Positions 63,245 through 64,000 of a stretch of 64,000 bases of DNA are shown here, one piece after another. This DNA comes from an uncultured Candidatus Rokubacteria bacterium (GTDB taxonomy: Bacteria; Methylomirabilota; Methylomirabilia; Rokubacteriales; CSP1-6). Numbering within the stretch: the first letter of the stretch is position 1; each line of letters opens with the position of its first letter. The notes under the pieces were generated by a model, which worked only from the letters and a program-made list of their open reading frames with translations, was not told the DNA's origin and did not search any database. Both the position numbers and the translations under genes were made by a program. Location: assembly GCA_963789955.1 (NCBI GenBank), contig CAWBMV010000034.1, positions 896,001 to 960,000 on the forward strand. Reading direction: 5' to 3'.

Positions 63245-64000
63245 TAGCTCGCCCGCGAGTCGGCGCCAACGGCAAGCGCCTCGCCACGCCGCAGTCGGTC
63301 GATGCCGCGGTCAAGAGCATCTGTGACATCATGCGGCGCTCGAACTGCGCGGGCGCGCTCCAGTACGTGCCGGAGCTGACCTGGTTCCTCTTCCTCCGCA
63401 TCCTAGACGAGCGCGAGATACAGGAGGCCGAGCGGGCGCGCGCGGTGGGCTCCGAGTTCACGCCGTCGCTCGAATCACCGTACCGCTGGGAAGACTGGGC
63501 AGCGCCCGGCGGCCGCAAGCGGCGCGAGCTGCAGGACGGGACGCTCGGCGCGGTATTGAGCTTCGTGAACGCGGAGCTGTTGCCGTACCTCCGCGGCCTT
63601 CGCGAGAAACCGGGCGCCACGCCGCGGCAGAAGGTGATTAGCGAGATCATGTCGGGCGTCGAGCGGACCCGCATCGACACCGACCGGAACTTCCTCGACG
63701 TCCTCGACCGCGTACACACGATCAGCGCCGAAACCGTCGACTCCACCCATGTCTTCACGCTGTCCCAGGTGTACGAAGGGCTGCTGCTCAAGATGGGCGA
63801 GAAGGGCAACGACGGAGGGCAGTTCTTCACCCCGCGCGAGGTGATCCGCGTGGTGGTGCGGGCGATCGACCCGAAGACCGGCGAGACCGTCTACGATCCG
63901 GGCTGCGGCACCGGGGGCTTCCTCGCTCAGGCCTACGAGCACATGGCCGGGCCCGATCACTCGAAGATCACTTCGCCTGACCAGCTCGAGGCGCTGAAGC
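63241..64000 (+). CDS. hsdM: Type I N6-adenine methyltransferase M subunit (runs off window)
   Basis: ICDIMRR, YVPELTWFLFLRILD, YEGLL, GQFFTPR, VYDPGCGTGGFL. Confidence 0.93.
   Translation, partial: MIARPRVGANGKRLATPQSVDAAVKSICDIMRRSNCAGALQYVPELTWFLFLRILDEREIQEAERARAVGSEFTPSLESPYRWEDWAAPGGRKRRELQDGTLGAVLSFVNAELLPYLRGLREKPGATPRQKVISEIMSGVERTRIDTDRNFLDVLDRVHTISAETVDSTHVFTLSQVYEGLLLKMGEKGNDGGQFFTPREVIRVVVRAIDPKTGETVYDPGCGTGGFLAQAYEHMAGPDHSKITSPDQLEALK

Noticed and set aside
336..63960. Long antisense or alternate-frame ORFs (e.g. 336-1751, 43593-46370, 56728-58326)
   Set aside because: They overlap well-supported genes and are expected in high-GC DNA
1..64000. Numerous single-base frameshifts as programmed frameshifting or mass pseudogenisation
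   Set aside because: They hit unrelated conserved genes with otherwise intact motifs, often in short homopolymers; assembly error is more likely, and read polishing would decide

Overview
High-GC bacterial chromosomal DNA. The gene families present (many ABC_sub_bind paralogs starting MRLIGLAVVL or MDRR, and a zinc-ribbon/adenylate cyclase/AAA/TPR protein) suggest a Rokubacteria-like (Methylomirabilota) genome; this is inference. Many genes carry single-base frameshifts that look like long-read assembly errors. Four zones: (1) 1-18.3 kb, mostly ordinary genes: adenylate cyclase, CP-ATP-grasp/alpha-E/transglutaminase operon with a MITE at its end, ECF sigma/anti-sigma, ttuBA, hydrolases, a Gly-rich/TPR exported protein and a His/Cys-repeat membrane protein. 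(2) 18.4-42.1 kb, a mosaic island of recurring parts: five copies of a promoter-RBS-signal-peptide cassette, five orphan substrate-binding proteins plus stubs, five small protein families present as intact and broken copies, defence-like cargo, and a tyrosine-recombinase remnant at the right edge. (3) 42.2-58.8 kb: thiolase, a 27-aa Cys4 microprotein, and a five-gene operon made of an atypical stand-alone ketosynthase, two 7TM sensor kinases, a pseudokinase and a hybrid kinase, with an internal low-GC segment (candidate novel signal synthase/receptor system); then a PfkB kinase and a UvrD helicase-nuclease. (4) 58.8-64 kb, a type I restriction-modification locus with a half-length HsdS. No tRNA, rRNA or CRISPR array was seen.
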